This document shows positions 24,209-37,344 of a DNA stretch of 64,000 nt, one piece after another. Where the stretch lies: NCBI RefSeq assembly GCF_964194155.1, contig NC_135901.1:21142001-21206000 (forward strand), read 5' to 3'. The notes beneath the pieces were generated by a model, which saw nothing but the letters and a program-made list of their open reading frames with translations, was not told the DNA's origin and did no database searches. The translations under genes were made by a program, and so were the position numbers. Position 1 is the first letter of the stretch; each line of letters opens with the position of its first letter. The DNA comes from Cetorhinus maximus (taxonomy: Eukaryota).

Positions 24209-24803
24209 CCTGGCTTTAACTGAGAATCTGTAAATTAATTATCGGTTAAATGGATTAAAAACCTTCCAGATCTGATTCCAAATCCCATGCTCGTGCTAAA
24301 TGACAAGAAAACTCACTGAATTTGCTCAGTCTCCTGAGGTCAGAAGAGGGAGGAAGGTGGATTTTGCTGTAATGGGTTGTAAGATGACCGAATGACTGTG
24401 AAGGCAGTCGGAATGGGGATGAAAATGAACCAATTATAGAAAGTTACAGGACAGAAAGAGGCCATTTACCCAGTGTGCTTCTTTGAAAGAGCCGCTGTGA
24501 TTGGTTGTTCTGAAGTTTGAACGGCACAAATTAAAATCCATCCCATTTCCACCCACATTTAGCCCTGCACCATCATCTCTTTATGTCTCATGCCTTGCAA
24601 CTGATCACATCCTTCCATTTTGCCCTTTCACTCCCTCCCTCTGCCTTGTTTTTCACCTGTTACATCTCTGACTTTTCCAGCTCTGATGAAAGATCATCCA
24701 GCTGCAAGATTCACTGTTTCTCACTCCACAGATGCAAGCAGACTTGGTTTCATTTCATATGGAATTTTGATTACTGGTGACAGTCCACACAGCACCAAGA
24801 AAG

Positions 24804-24940
24804 GGCCATGGAGGCTCAAAACGTTGACTGATTTCTTCTCCGCCGATGCTGCCAGACTTGCTGAGTTTTTCCAGGTAATTCTGTTTTTGTTTTGTTTTGG
24901 ATTTCCAGCATCCGCAGTAGCTTTTAGCTTTTTGTTTTTA
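24804..24940 (+). mobile_element. Penelope-like 3' tail element with a 10-bp target-site duplication
   Basis: Flanked by accaagaaag at 24794-24803 and 24941-24950. An older, longer tail copy lies at ~24560-24740. Confidence 0.7.
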
Positions 24941-24954
24941 ACCAAGAAAGAGTG

Positions 24955-25016
24955 TTGCCCTGGTCAATTGAACCCAGGCCATGGCAGTAAAAGTGCTGAA
25001 TCCGAACCACCAGGGA
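24955..25016 (-). pseudogene. tRNA-Glu-like pseudogene with D-arm deletion
   Basis: The minus strand tccctggtggtt-cggattcagcacttttactgccatggcctgggttcaatt resembles TCCCTGGTGGTCTAGTGGTTAGGATTCGGCGCT.TCACCGCCGCGGCCCGGGTTCGATT. Confidence 0.6.
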
Positions 25017-25131
25017 AACTGGCAGGCTGCTTTCCAAATTAGATGATAATCATCTCTTTACCCATTGCTGCCCTTCAGATCACTGACACTACAGACAGGT
25101 TTCTCACACAAAATGGTTTGTATTGTTAACC

Positions 25132-25195
25132 TTTGGTCACCGGCCATTGAGCCCGGGCCATGAAGGTGAAGACATTGACTCTGAACCACCTGGGG
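25132..25195 (-). pseudogene. Second, more degenerate tRNA-Glu-like copy
   Basis: ccccaggtggtt-cagagtcaatgtcttcaccttcatggcccgggctcaatggccggtga carries the same D-arm deletion as 24955-25016. Confidence 0.45.
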
Positions 25196-25319
25196 TCCAC
25201 CATCACTGGCTCAGTGTCGCCTTGCCCATCATTCCTTGTGTCAGTTAATCCATCCTGCCTTGCTCTCCATCACAGACCTTCCCTTTTGGTCTCTGTACAG
25301 AGTGGATCCTGACTTTACA

Positions 25320-25500
25320 ATCAGAAAATGCTGGAAGTGCTCAGCAAATGATCAGGCAGCATCTGTGGAGAGAGAAACAGAGTTAATGTCTCTGATCAAT
25401 GACCTTCCATCAGAACTGGTAAATGTTAGAGATGTAACAGGTTTTAAACAAATACAGGGACAGGGATAGGGGAGACAAGGAAAGAACAAAAGGGATAGTT
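25320..25500 (-). mobile_element. Penelope-like 3' tail fragment
   Basis: Reverse complement of the tail family, including cagttctgatggaaggtcattgatc. Confidence 0.6.
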
Positions 25501-26289
25501 GGTGTATGAGAAGGTTTGGCCCCGGTTGGAGTATCTTGCATCCCAGAGATGAGCAGTGACCCACTGATTGAAGATGCTGTCGCTGTTTTCTGTTGGCAGT
25601 GGGTGATTGGAGAGTGTGGGGGAAAATCCTGCTTGTCCCAGAGCAGAGAAAATAATTGTTGGGCTTGATTCCCTGTCTGAAATGTAGCATTGACCAACTG
25701 TTAGTAATGGAGGTCGCGCTGCAGGAGCCTTTAATAATCTTACACAAATCAATATCAATCAGCCGGAATGTGCGGGTTTGAGGGAAGCTTTCTGAACCAT
25801 CAGGGCTGGAAATGGGAACAAGTGGAAGATTCTGTTGAGTTTTAGACTGTAGAGGGGAAGAGCTAATGTCACATAGCTGTAAGATGTTATATTCAGTTAA
25901 TATTTAACAACAAAGATGAATTCTTGTTCACACTTAAATATGTTCTGATAATGTTCCTATTTTTTATGATTGATAATCATCAATCTCTCTTGATAAACCT
26001 GGAGCAGACTAACACATCGTTTTTCTGCTATACTCAGCATTTTAATTGGGTTTATCAAATGTTTGTATCACTCTGAGCTTGGGTTCTGGACTGTAATGTC
26101 TTCACTCTTCTCTGGTGATCTTCTCCAGAAAGGCTGGGATAGATAGAATCATTTGGTCTGTAAGATACAGTCACTGTGAGGATGGTAATGGAACAATTTT
26201 CTGTCAAAGCTCACTGACACCTGATCACTTACCAAGTGATTATGCAAAAATTTAATTCAAACAATCACTGTCACTGCCAGTGATTCTCT

Positions 26290-26776
26290 GGCTACAATGA
26301 GACAGATAAGGAAGGAATCAGGAGTGTGCAATCCCACCCAGCTCGACAATAGGAGGAAGGTGGTTTGGTCAATGAAGCCAAAGACTGCAAACTGGCTGAG
26401 AAGGACAACGAGAGATAGTTTAATCTCAGTCACATTCACATCGGATACAATTTGTGACTTTTCTAAGAGCTGTTTCAATACCGTGGCAGGAGCAAAAGTT
26501 TAATTGGAGCGATTCACACATGGAGTCCCAGGGCTTATGGGCATAGATTTGGGATATGACAAGGATTTTGGAGAGGAAAGGGTGGTTAAGGATGGGCTGG
26601 GGGTTAGCAAGGGCATTGGCATCAAGAATGGGTTAGTGGAAGGGATGGCAGCAGCAGAGGCAGCTGATCGAATTGTCTCAATCTTAGTGACAAAGAAGCT
26701 CCATGAGCTCCTCACACTTGTTGGGGATGAGGATGGAGGAGACAGCAGAGAGGGAGAGCCCTTCAAAAGGAACTAA
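26290..26776 (-). mobile_element. L2-clade LINE fragments
   Basis: FFVTKIETIRSAASAA plus an L2-like 3' region. Starts at the same junction as 44527. Confidence 0.7.
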
Positions 26777-26954
26777 CTTGTGTTGGAGATATTAAAAAGA
26801 CTCGACACTGTTTTTAGCACAAAGGTAATTTATTTGACCTTTATCGACAATATTAGTCCCCATAACTGGGTTGCAGTCTATTGTCACCAAAAAAGAGCCC
26901 AAAGAACATAGTTCAGTCCTGGATATGATTAACAGCAAAATCCAGTCATTGTCG

Positions 26955-28160
26955 TTACTTGTGAACTTGCTGGTGTCTCAGCAGTGTAGATAAATAAGCA
27001 AACCCCTTCCCACATTCAGAGCATGTAAATGGTCTCTCCCCAGTGTGAACTCGTTGGTGGGTCAGCAGGTTGGATGATTGCTTAAATCCCTTCCCACATT
27101 CAGAACAAGTGAACGGTCTCTCCCCAGTATGAACACGCTGGTGTCTCAGAAGGTTGGATGGGTGAGTGAATCCCTTCCCACACTCAAGGCAGATGAATGG
27201 TTGCCCCCCAGTCTGAACCCGGTCGTGCGTTAGCAGGATAGATAACTGAGTGAATCCCTTCCCACACTCAGGGGAGGTGAACAGCCACTCCCCAGTGTGA
27301 ACTCGCTGGTGGACAGTGAGTTGAGATGAGCGCCTGAACCCAGTCCCGCAGTGAGAGCACCTGAATGGTTTCTCGTCAGTGTGAGTACGTTGATGGGACA
27401 TCAGGTCCTGGGAGCTTTTAAAACACTTCCCACAGTCTGGGCATTTAAAAGGTCTGTCATCAGTGTGAACTCGCTGGTGTGTCAGCAGATGGGATTGCTG
27501 AGTGAATCCCTTCCCACACATGGAGCAGGTGAATGGCCTCTCGTCACTGTGACCATGCTGGTGTCTCAGAAGGTTGGATGACTGAGTGAATCCCTTCCCA
27601 CAAACAGAGCAGGTGAACGGCCTCTCCCCAGTGTGACTATGCTTGTGTGCAGTGAGTTGAGACAACCACCTGAACCCAGTCCCGCAGTGAGTGCACCTGA
27701 ATGGTCTCTCGTCAGTGTGAACACGTTGATGGCGCCTCAGTTCCATGGAACCTTTATAGCACTTCCCGCAGTCCGGACATTTAAAAGGTCTCTCCTCAGT
27801 GTGAACTCGCTGGTGTGTCCACAGGTTGGATGACTGAATGAATCCCTTCCCACACTTAGAGCAGGTGAATGGCCTTTCCCCAGAGTGAACTCGCTGGTGT
27901 ATCATCAGATAGGATGAACGAGTGAATCCTTTCCCACACTCGGAGCAGGTGAATGGTTTCTCCCCAGTGTGAGTGCGCCAATGACTTTCCAGGTCAGACG
28001 GGGATTTGAATCCCTTCCCACAATCCCCACATTTCCACGGTTTCATCCCGTTGTGATGGCATTTATGTTTTGACAGGTCAGATGATCGGTTGAAGCCTTG
28101 TCCACACACAGAACACGTGTACGGTTTCCCTCCACTGTGAACGGTGCTTTTTCCTTCCAT
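26955..28160 (-). CDS. Tandem C2H2 ZNF gene D: 14 fingers (finger 11 degenerate), 401 aa
   Basis: ATG at 28160 (aacATGG) reads [19 protein letters not shown]... in an uninterrupted frame. Acceptor tttcgcag near 28268. Confidence 0.92.
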   Translation of the reverse strand: MEGKSTVHSGGKPYTCSVCGQGFNRSSDLSKHKCHHNGMKPWKCGDCGKGFKSPSDLESHWRTHTGEKPFTCSECGKGFTRSSYLMIHQRVHSGERPFTCSKCGKGFIQSSNLWTHQRVHTEERPFKCPDCGKCYKGSMELRRHQRVHTDERPFRCTHCGTGFRWLSQLTAHKHSHTGERPFTCSVCGKGFTQSSNLLRHQHGHSDERPFTCSMCGKGFTQQSHLLTHQRVHTDDRPFKCPDCGKCFKSSQDLMSHQRTHTDEKPFRCSHCGTGFRRSSQLTVHQRVHTGEWLFTSPECGKGFTQLSILLTHDRVQTGGQPFICLECGKGFTHPSNLLRHQRVHTGERPFTCSECGKGFKQSSNLLTHQRVHTGERPFTCSECGKGFAYLSTLLRHQQVHK

Positions 28161-28444
28161 GTTCAAAATTCAATGATATTTAGGTTGTGATAAATTGGGC
28201 GACTGTCAGATCCTGCTGTGATGTTTGGTTTGAGTTGCCCGACTGCAAATGCTCTCCTCCTAATACCCTGCGAAATTTATTTAAAACAGAAAAAGGGAGT
28301 GAGAGAACACCCACAAAAACACAAAGGCAGGTTGTGAAATTGAGCTGAGTGAATGTGGTAATTTATGGGGCTGGCACCAGGAAAAAGTGACCATGAAAAC
28401 TGCTGGATTATCAAAATATCCAACTGGTTCACGAATGTCCTTCA

Positions 28445-29540
28445 GAAACATAGAAACTAAGAGCACGAGTAGGCCATTCGGCCCTTCAAGCCTGCTCCGC
28501 CATTCAATATGATCATTTTCTGTTCTTCTATCTCAATGCCTCTATACCCCTTGATGTCCCTAATATCCAAAAAATGATCAATTTCTTTCTTGAATAAACT
28601 CAGTGACCCAGCCTCCACAGGCTTCTGTTACCTCATCAAAAATCTTAAGCAACTTAGTTAAACGTGACTTTACCTCAACAAATCCGTCCTGGCTTTCTTT
28701 AATTAACCCATATTTGCTCAAGTGACTATTAAATTTGTCCTGAATGACCATTTCTGGAAGCTTCTCCAGCACCGAGATTAAACTGACTGCTCTGTAGTTG
28801 CTGGGCTTCTCTTCACACCTTTTCTGAACAAAGATGTAACATTTGCAATTCTCCGGTCCCTGTGTCAGCAACTCTGAATCTCAGGAAGGCTGGAAAATTA
28901 TGGCCAGCGCTTCCACAATTTCCACTCTCATTTCCCCTCAGTATCCTTGGATGCATCTCATCCAGTTCCGGGGCTTTGTCAACTTTATCAGACAGCCGAT
29001 CCAATATCTCCTCCTTATCAATTTTAAACCCCACAAGAGTCTGAACAATCTCCTCTTTCACAATTACCTGTGCAGCATATTTTCCCTTGATAAAGGCAGA
29101 TGCAAGATATTCATTTAATACCTCATCCATGCCTGCTGCCTCCATGTGTAAGTCATCTTTTTGGTCCCTAATTGCCCCACTCATCCTTGTAACACCCTTT
29201 TACTGTTTATATGCCCATAGAAGACTTCTTGATTTATTTCCACGTTTGCTTTCAGTCTCTTTTCATGCTCTCTCTCTGCTTCTCGTATTTGGTTTTCCAA
29301 ATCCCTCTGAACCTTCTCTATTCAGCCTGGTTCTTGGTTTTATTATCCAGCTGACATGTGTCATAAGCACACTTTTTTTCCTTTATCTCAATCTCTATCT
29401 CTTTTCTCATCAAGGGGGCTGTGGATTTGTTTACCCTACCTTTCCCCTTCATGGGAATATGTCTTTACTATGTCAGAACTCTCTCTTATTTAAAAGCAGT
29501 GCATTGCTCAGTTACAGTTTCATCTGCCAACCTTTGATTC
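28445..29540 (-). mobile_element. Older CR1 LINE fragments
   Basis: VLNEYLASAF, DKAPELDEMHPRIL and PSNYRAVSLISVLEKL, with a CR1 3' tail at 28445-28620. Confidence 0.8.
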
Positions 29541-32140
29541 ATAAGACTATAAGACGTAGGAGCAGAAGTCGGCCATTCGCCCCATTGAATCTGCTCCACC
29601 ATTCAATGAGAATATGGCTGATCTGAGAATCCTCAACTCCACTTTCCTGCCTTTTCTCCATAACCAGTGATACCCTTACTGATTAAAAATCTGTCTATTT
29701 CAGCCTTGAATACACTTAATGACCCAACCTCTACAGCCCTCTGCGGTAAAGAGTTCCACAGATTCACTATCCTGAGAGAATAAATTCCTCCTCATCTCTG
29801 TCTTAAATGGGCAACCCTCTGAGATTATGCCCCCTGATCCTAGACTCTCTCACAAGGGGAAACAACCTCTCAGCATCTAACCTGTCAAGAGCCCTAAGAA
29901 TCTTATATGTTTCAATAAGGTCATCTCTCATTCTTCTAAACTCCAATGAGTACAGGCACAACCTACTCAATCTCTCCTCATAAGAAAATCCCTCCATATC
30001 CGGGATCAACCGAGTGAATACTCTCTGGACTGCCTCCAATGCCAGCATATCTTTCCTTAGATAAAGGGACAAAGATTGGGAAACTTTTTAAGATCAACAA
30101 AGGGTTACTAAAAAAAATAATAAAAAAATAATAAAAAGAGCAAAGGTAAATTATGAAAGAAAACTAGCGCAAAATGTAAAAACTGATAGCAAAAGCTTCT
30201 ACAAGTACATAAAAGGATAGAGAGTAGCTAAAGTGAATGTTGGTCCATTGGAGGGTGAGACTGGGAAGTTAATAGTGGGGAATGCAGAAATGGCAGAGAC
30301 GCTTAATCAATATTTTGCCTCAGTTTTCACAGTGGAGGACACGAGTACCGCCCCAATACTAACAGGTAGTGCAGAGGGTATAGAGGAGGAACTTAGAACA
30401 ATCACCATCACTAGAGAAAAAGCACTGAGCAAACCATTGGGATTAAAGGGTGACAAGTCCCCAGGAGCTGATGGCCTACATCCCAGGGTCTTAAAGGAAG
30501 TGGCAATGGAGATAGTGGATGCATTGGCTATAATATTCCAAAATTCCCTGGATTCTGGAAAGGTTTCAGTGGTTGGAAAAATGCTAATATAATGCCCTTA
30601 TTCAAGAAAGGGGGGGGCGGTTTGGGGGAGGCAGAAAATAGGAAGCTATAGACCAGTTAGTTTAACCTCTGTCGTTGGGAAATTGTTGGAATCCATTATG
30701 AAGGAAGTAGTAATGGGGTATTTGGAAAGTCAAAATGCAATCCATCAGAGTCAGCATGGTTTTATGAAGGGTAAATCATGTTTGACTAATTTTCTAGATT
30801 TCTTTGAAGATGTGACAAGCAAAGTGGATGATGGGGATCCTGTAGATGTAGTATATCTGGACTTCCAGAAGGCCTTTGATAAGGTGCTGCACAAAAGATT
30901 AATACACAAGATAAGATCACACGGAGTTAGGGGTAATATATTACCTTGGATAGAGGATTGGCTAACCAACAGAAAGCAGAGAGTTGGGATAAATGGGTCT
31001 TTTTCTGGATGGCAAGCTGTAACTGCACAGCCACAGGGTTCAGTCCTTGGGCCCCAACCATTTACAATCTGTATTAATCACTTGGATTCAGGGGTAGAAG
31101 GTACGATAGCTAAATTTGCAAATGACACCAAAATAGGTGGGAAAGTAAGTTGCAATGAAGAAATAAGAAATTTACAAATGGATATGGACAGGTTAGGTGA
31201 ATGGGCCAGAATTTGGCAGATGGAGTTTAACGTGGATAAGCGTGAGGTTATCGATTTTGGTCAGAAGAATAAAAAGGCGACATATTATTTAAATGGGGAG
31301 AAACTTCAGAATGCTTCAGTGCAAGGGGATCTGGATGTCTTCGTGCATGAGTCACTGAAAGCTCGTGTGCAGGTACAGCAGATAATAAGGAAGCCAAATG
31401 GAATTTTGGCATTTATTGCTAAGGGAATAGAGTACAAAAATAGGGAAGTGTTGTTCCAACTGTACAAGGCATTGGTGAGACCGCACCTGGAGTACTGTAC
31501 ACAGTTTTGGTTCCCTTACTTGAGGAAGGATGTAGTTGCATTGGAGGAGGTTCAGAAGAATTTAACTAGATTGATTCCAGAGATGCGGGGCTTGTCTTAT
31601 GAGGAGAGATTGAGCAGTTTAGCCCTATACTCGCTAGAGTTTAGAATGATGAGAGGAGATCTAATTGAGGTGTATAAGATGCGAAAGGGGATAGACAAAG
31701 TAGTCGTGGAGCGGATGCTTCCCCTTGTGGGGCATTCTAGAATGAGAGACCATAGTTTTAGGATAAGGGGTGGTAGATTTAAATCAGAGATGAGGAGGAA
31801 TTACATTTTTCAAAAGGTCGTGAATCTGTGAAATTCACTACCTCAGAGTGCAGTAGATGCCGGGACGCTGAATAAATTTAAGGAGGTGATAGACAGATGT
31901 TTAATTAGCAACGTGTTGAAAGGTTATGGGGAGAGGGTGGGAAATTGAAGTTGAGGCCGAAATGAGATCAGCCATGATCGTATTGAATGGCAGGGCAGGC
32001 TCGAAGGGCTGAATTGCCTACTCTTGCTCGTAGTTCTTATGAAAACTGTTTACAATATTCCAGATGTGATCTAACTAGTGCCTTGTATAGTTTTAGCAAT
32101 ACTTCTCTGTTTTTATACTCCAGACCCTTTGAAATTCCAA
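29541..32140 (-). mobile_element. CR1 3' fragment (29541-30072 and 32042-32140) split by a younger plus-strand CR1
   Basis: LALEAVQRVFTRLIP...LYSLEFRRMR. The sequence agggacaaa (30072) continues as aactgtttacaatattcc (32044). Confidence 0.8.
30073..32041 (+). mobile_element. CR1 LINE, 5'-truncated ORF2 (RT)
   Basis: DKSPGADGLHPRVLKE, QHGFMKGKSCLTN, YLDFQKAFDK, PQGSVLGP, KFANDTKIGG and RPHLEYC, with a gttcttatg tail. Confidence 0.93.
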
Positions 32141-32249
32141 CTTACCTTGGTCAGATCTATTCTTATCCACTGAAGTTGGCTTTCCCCCAGTTAATTATTC
32201 TTACTCTTACTTGAAATGTTTGCACACAGGCAGAATAGATAAACTGCTT

Positions 32250-33000
32250 ACCTTCCACATTAAAAGTCTGATGATATTCAGGTCCTGACGAATCACATGA
32301 CTCTGTCAGATCTTGATGTGATTGTGTTTGGTTTGAGTTTTCCGTCCGTCAATCCTCTGCATCTAATACGCTGGAAAAGAAATTTCCAAAATCCATTACT
32401 GTCAGTCCAGGACAGGCATTCAGAGGAGACAAACATTTCTCTTGCCTTGTGTTTGCTGCGTGTAAATTCTCCGCTTCTAAACCCCGGCAAAGGAGTTTCC
32501 AAAACCCATCCCTGTCAGTGCAGGAGAGAAATTCACAACATTCCTCCTGAGGGAAGGGTTCGAGGACCGCGCATGCGCATTGCTGCACATCCTCCTCTCT
32601 CCCCCCCTTTAGAAAGATGGCGGCAGCGCATGCCCATTGCTCACTATAGCAGCACAACTGCACATTGCCTCCTCTACAAATGGCGGCCGTTTACTCGGAC
32701 CTCTCTCCAAAAGCAGAGCAGGCCCTACCTGCCGTCGCCTCGTTCGATTCGACCACAAGACGAGTAGCTTCTTATTCACGATTTCAGGCTTCCACTGGGT
32801 GTTCATTAAGCTCCCCACCAACTGCGCCACTTCCATTCCTCCCCACTCACCGGCTCCCTACACTCGCCTGTACTCCGCCATTCCTCAGTCTTTCGATCGG
32901 CTACGGACTGTGCTGCGCATGCTCCAACTTGAGCTCACATTGCGCATGTTCCTACACTGCCCGGGTACCACGCCTGCGCCACGACCTCCTCTTGAGAGGA
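32250..33000 (-). promoter_or_regulatory. ZNF promoter module with two tandem acceptor/exon-start stubs (likely upstream part of gene D)
   Basis: NRF1-like CGCGCATGCGCA (32568) and TGCGCATG (32914, 32941), YY1-like AAGATGGCGG (~32613). Duplicated exon-start blocks at 32260-32420 and 32445-32545. Confidence 0.7.
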
Positions 33001-33242
33001 TAATTGGGCGATAAATGCGGGCCGGGCCAGCACCGCCCACATCCCGTGAATGAATTAAAATAATAGGAGACATTCTTCCCCGCGGCGAATGCTGGGTAAA
33101 CCGCCGCCATTGAACCGTGATTTTGTTCAATCGAACCTTATGTTCTGTGATCTGATGCTGAATGGAGCCACAGGGCCAAGATATAAAATTATTAAGTCAA
33201 TTAACACGACAACCTGCACTGGCCCTCCGCCATAGTTCCGTC

Positions 33243-33532
33243 CCGGGTATAATTAACAACAGAACAAACCCCTATTGTTAGATGTGAACTCACTGGAGTC
33301 TCAGTCGGCAGTGTGAACAAGTGACTTTTCTTCCCATGCAAAGAACATTCAAACTCCGTGTTGTCAGTAGGAATGTAGCAATTTTGGATCAAAGCATTTA
33401 AATCTGGAGTGTTAACAGGAGGGCAAAGCGAGTAAATTCTTTGGCACAAATGCAGTGTCGGCTTGGTCTCTCTCAGGTCTAACTGTGTTGTTGTGTCAGC
33501 AAATATGATAGCCGAGTGAATCATTTCCACTT
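33243..33532 (-). pseudogene. Highly degenerate ZNF 3' remnant
   Basis: The minus strand shows gattcactcggctatcatatttgctgacac, gagttcac and a degenerate cluster 3' motif (tgttaattatacccgggac). Confidence 0.5.
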
Positions 33533-33658
33533 CTTCTGAAGAAGTCATATGAACTCAAAACGTTAACCCTGTTTCTCTCTCCACAGATGCTGCCAGATCT
33601 GCTGAGTTTGTCCAGCATTTCTTGTTTTTATTTCAGATTTCAAGCATCTGCAGAATTT
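33533..33658 (+). mobile_element. Penelope-like 3' tail element
   Basis: ttctgaagaagtcatatgaactcaaaacgttaaccctgtttctctctccacagatgctgccag... Confidence 0.7.
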
Positions 33659-34734
33659 CAGTAGTGTCCAAGACTTCCCACATATTACAGGACATGAATT
33701 CCACACGACCGAGCTGCTCTGGCATGTCGTAACTTCACTTTCCTTATGTTAACTTTATTTTACATTGGTTTACTTATATTAATTCACGTTACTGGCCCTG
33801 ACCTCCTCTTATTCCTAGTGTTTCTTACTCAAATCCAAGCAGCTACTTCTTCAAAAGTAATAGGTTTCTCTAATTTACGGCTGTTGAAAGACATTGCCTA
33901 ACAGCAATTTCATACCAACCAATGAACTTACTGTTTTCCTGTGATGTCATTGTTCGATTTTTTTTTCAAGCTCTGCTCCGAAAGTGAGGTTTACACCCAA
34001 GCATATTTCTGCTCAGCTGCTCCTGTTCCCAACTTAGAATAATTCCTATGTAAACCACATCTCTTTCCCCATGCGCAGAATTCCCATGTGGCCCTAATTC
34101 ACTGCTCACTTGGTCTCCGTCTCACTCTGACACAGTCACCTGTCTCCTAGCACACTCCTTACTGGCTTTGTGGTTTGAAAAGCCTGTCTCTTTTATAGAC
34201 CCTCTGATGAATCACTAGCTAGTTTAGCTTCCTGCAACAGTAATCAACACCATTTGAACCAAATGCTTTCAGGTGATTGACAGATAGCTGCTACTGCAGG
34301 CAGTTCCCTACTTAACAAGCTAACCTAACTCACTTATGTCAGGTCTTGATTCTTAATCTATAGTTAAACCTGAAAAGGACTTACCAGAACTTACTATGTG
34401 AGTTGAATTCACCACTCACTCAGTCTCCATCTCACTCTGGCACAGTTGCCTGTCTCTTTGCATGCACCTTACTGCCTAAATGCGTACATGGCAAAACGGT
34501 TTGTGGTGCATGGCCTCAGGGTGAGATAAAGATATATTCATGAATTATTACACCACAGAATGAGGCCATTAGGTTCTCTGTAAGAGCATTGGGTGAAACA
34601 AAGAAACAGAAGATGCGCCTGGAGGACCTGTCAATGGCAAAATGATGAACAAGTGCCATCTGAAAACAAAAAAGAAACAGTAAACGAGGAAAAAAAACCC
34701 AAATACAAAGGAAAACAAATTGGGGGCCGCATTT

Positions 34735-34885
34735 GCAATGAAAATTGTTGAACTCAGACTGAGTGTGAAGGTTGTAAAGGGCCCAGTCGAAAGATGAGGT
34801 GCTGTTCATCGAGTGTATCTTGAGCTGCTTTCGAACACTGCGGGAGGCCAGGGTCCGGGAGGTCAGCGTTAAGATCCGGGTCACA
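34735..34885 (-). mobile_element. Penelope-like GIY-YIG C-terminal coding fragment
   Basis: Translates as GLPQCSKAAQDTLDEQHLIFRLGPLQP...EFNNF, typical of the vertebrate Penelope ORF end. Confidence 0.6.
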
Positions 34886-35528
34886 GGTCATTTCAATTCT
34901 CCACTTTGGCATTGTAGATTAGTTGGTTCACATCCCTGTGAAGTGAACATAGATGCTTAACATCAAACATTTCTATCCAAACAAACATCTACTCAAACAC
35001 TACATCTCTTAACAAATTTCCACCCAACATACACTCACCAATGACTCTGGCACTTTGATACTTGCTGCCCAGCAATTGGTTTCAGGCCTGTTTGACTTTC
35101 CTGAGCCTTAACCCCCTATTAAGTGGAATTCTGAAGAGGGTGAAATGACTCACACTCTGCTGAGTGTAATTCCTAGAATACAAATAAACTGTGGGTAAAT
35201 GATAAGGAAGCTGTGGGTTTCCAGCTCTGTCAGTCCTCCTATTGTCTCAGATAGGATTACAATTGGAGACATGCAGCCAGCTGTCTGAACCCACCAGCTT
35301 GGGCTCGCCTGAATTGGTGAATAGGAATAAAGTGAACGTCTATTTACATGGTCAGACCTTTAAAAAATGTACCTTAATTTTCTTGCCTGTGGGTTGTGCC
35401 GATAGATTCCCTGCAGCATGTGCTCAGGTTCACAAAACCAAACCCCAGGAAACCAATCCTACCGCATGCACCACATACATATGAAGAATGCACAACCTGT
35501 AACATGGCCTATAGGAGACAACACCAGA

Positions 35529-35618
35529 GGGTTCGCTCTGGATTTGAAGCCAGGACTGCTCACATACTCTTTGTGAGAATCACTTAATGTGAGAATCACA
35601 TTCCTAAACCAACGAACT
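35529..35618 (-). pseudogene. tRNA-Pro pseudogene with internal duplication
   Basis: agttcgttggtttaggaatgtgattctcac...gtcctggcttcaaatccagagcgaaccc vs GGCTCGTTGGTCTAGGGGTATGATTCTCGC...GTCCCGGGTTCAAATCCCGGACGAGCCC. The stretch gtgattctcaca is duplicated. Confidence 0.65.
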
Positions 35619-36034
35619 GGCAGAAGTAGGAAAGCTTAACCAAAACATAATTTAATTGCTATCCAAAGTAGCTCAGGCATCTCCAGCAAAAGCTGAAATT
35701 GCTGGAAAAACTCAGCACATCAGACGGTAACTGTGCACAGGGAAACAAAGCTCATCTTCAATTCCATGCCTTGCATCTTTGTTCCAGAACATCCAGGGAG
35801 GAAGCCATCATTGCTTTCCGCTCATCACCATTCATTGTCACACATTGGGTTGTAAATGGGTACTTAAAGTGCCAAGGGAATATCTGCCCAACATTGCCAG
35901 CTCTGCTGTTTCAACGCAGGGTCATTCTGTATGTGAAGTAAACATGATAACCATTATACGGCACAAACATTGTGCAGCGCTAAGGCGAATGACCTAGAAT
36001 GCCAAACAGTACAGTCTCATTGCACTTCAGAACC

Positions 36035-37065
36035 TTCTTTTCAGGTTGGAAAGACGTAGCTAGTGGAAAGACACAAGGATTAGTCCTAGGCCCTCAATTA
36101 TTTACTATCTATATAAATGACTTGGAGGCAGGGCAGAGTGCAATGTATCCAAATTTGCTGAGGATATGAAAATAGGTGGGAAGGCATGTTGTGATGAGGG
36201 CATAAGGAATCTGCAAGGGGATATGGACAGGTTGAGTGGGTGGGAAAAAACCTGGCAGATGGAGTTTAATGTAGGAAAGTGTGAGGTCATGCACTTTGAT
36301 AGGAAGAGTCAAGAGGCAGGCTATTATTTAAATGGAGAGAGACTCCAAAAAAGTGCAGCACACAGGAATCTAGGTTATCTTGTGCATGAAACACAAAAAG
36401 TTACCATGCAGGTGCAGCAAGTAATTAAGATGGTAAATGGAATTTTGGCCTGTATTACTAGGGGGTTGGAGTTTAAAAATAGAGAAGTCTTGTTACAGGC
36501 TGTTGCTGAGACCGCACCTGGAGTACTGTGTACAGTTTTGGTCCCCGCATTTAAGTAAGGATATACTGGCTTTGCAGGCAGTTCAAAAGAGATTTACGAG
36601 ACTGATTCCTGGGATGAAGGAGTTGACTTATCAAGAATGGCTAAACAGGTTAGGCCTTTATTCATTAGAGTTCAGAAGAATGAAGGGTGATCTTATTGAA
36701 ACGTACAAGATTCTGAGGGGGTTTGACAGGGTAGATGTTGATAAGATGTTTCCACTAGTGGGGGAATCTCGAAAAAGGGGACATAGTTACAGACTAAGAG
36801 GACACTCATTTAAAACTGAAATGTGAAGGAATTTCTTCTCTCAGAGGGAAGTAACTGTCTGGAATTTTCCACCCTGAGAGTTGTGGAGGCTCGATCACTG
36901 AAAGTATGTAGATTTTTGAAATATTGGGGAGTTGAGGGCTATGAGGAGCTGGCACGAAAGAGGATTTGAGGCCTGGGGCAGATCATCCATTATCTTATTG
37001 AATGGCGAGGCAGGCTTGAGGGGCCGAATGGCCTACTCCTGCTCCTATTTCTTATGTTCTCATGT
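36035..37065 (+). mobile_element. CR1 LINE 3' fragment
   Basis: WQMEFNVGKCEVMHF, RPHLEYCVQFWSP and LYSLEFRRMKGDLIETYK, with a ttcttatgttctcatg tail. Confidence 0.9.
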
Positions 37066-37263
37066 TCCTTGTGGAAGCACAATTCCGCTGAAAAGCATCG
37101 CCATGTGGCAGAGAAATTGATCTAACATTCGAATCACAAAATGTCATACCTGATTAGGAGGCGATTCTCTTCCAGAGAGTCAGCATGGACACATCGGGCC
37201 AAATTACTTGCTTCTGTAGCCATCTATTATTTTATATTTACAACAGGGGTGTGTGCCTGTGGG

Positions 37264-37344
37264 ATCAGTGTGGCCAAGTACTTAAGGCCGTAGACTTTAA
37301 ATTCATTGGGGTTTCACCACTAGATTTTAATCCTGAAGGAAGCA
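37264..37344 (+). pseudogene. tRNA-Ser pseudogene (paralog of 24127)
   Basis: gtggccaagtacttaaggccgtagactttaaattcattggggtttc. The downstream aattaattatcggttaaatgga is shared with the 24127 copy. Confidence 0.6.
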
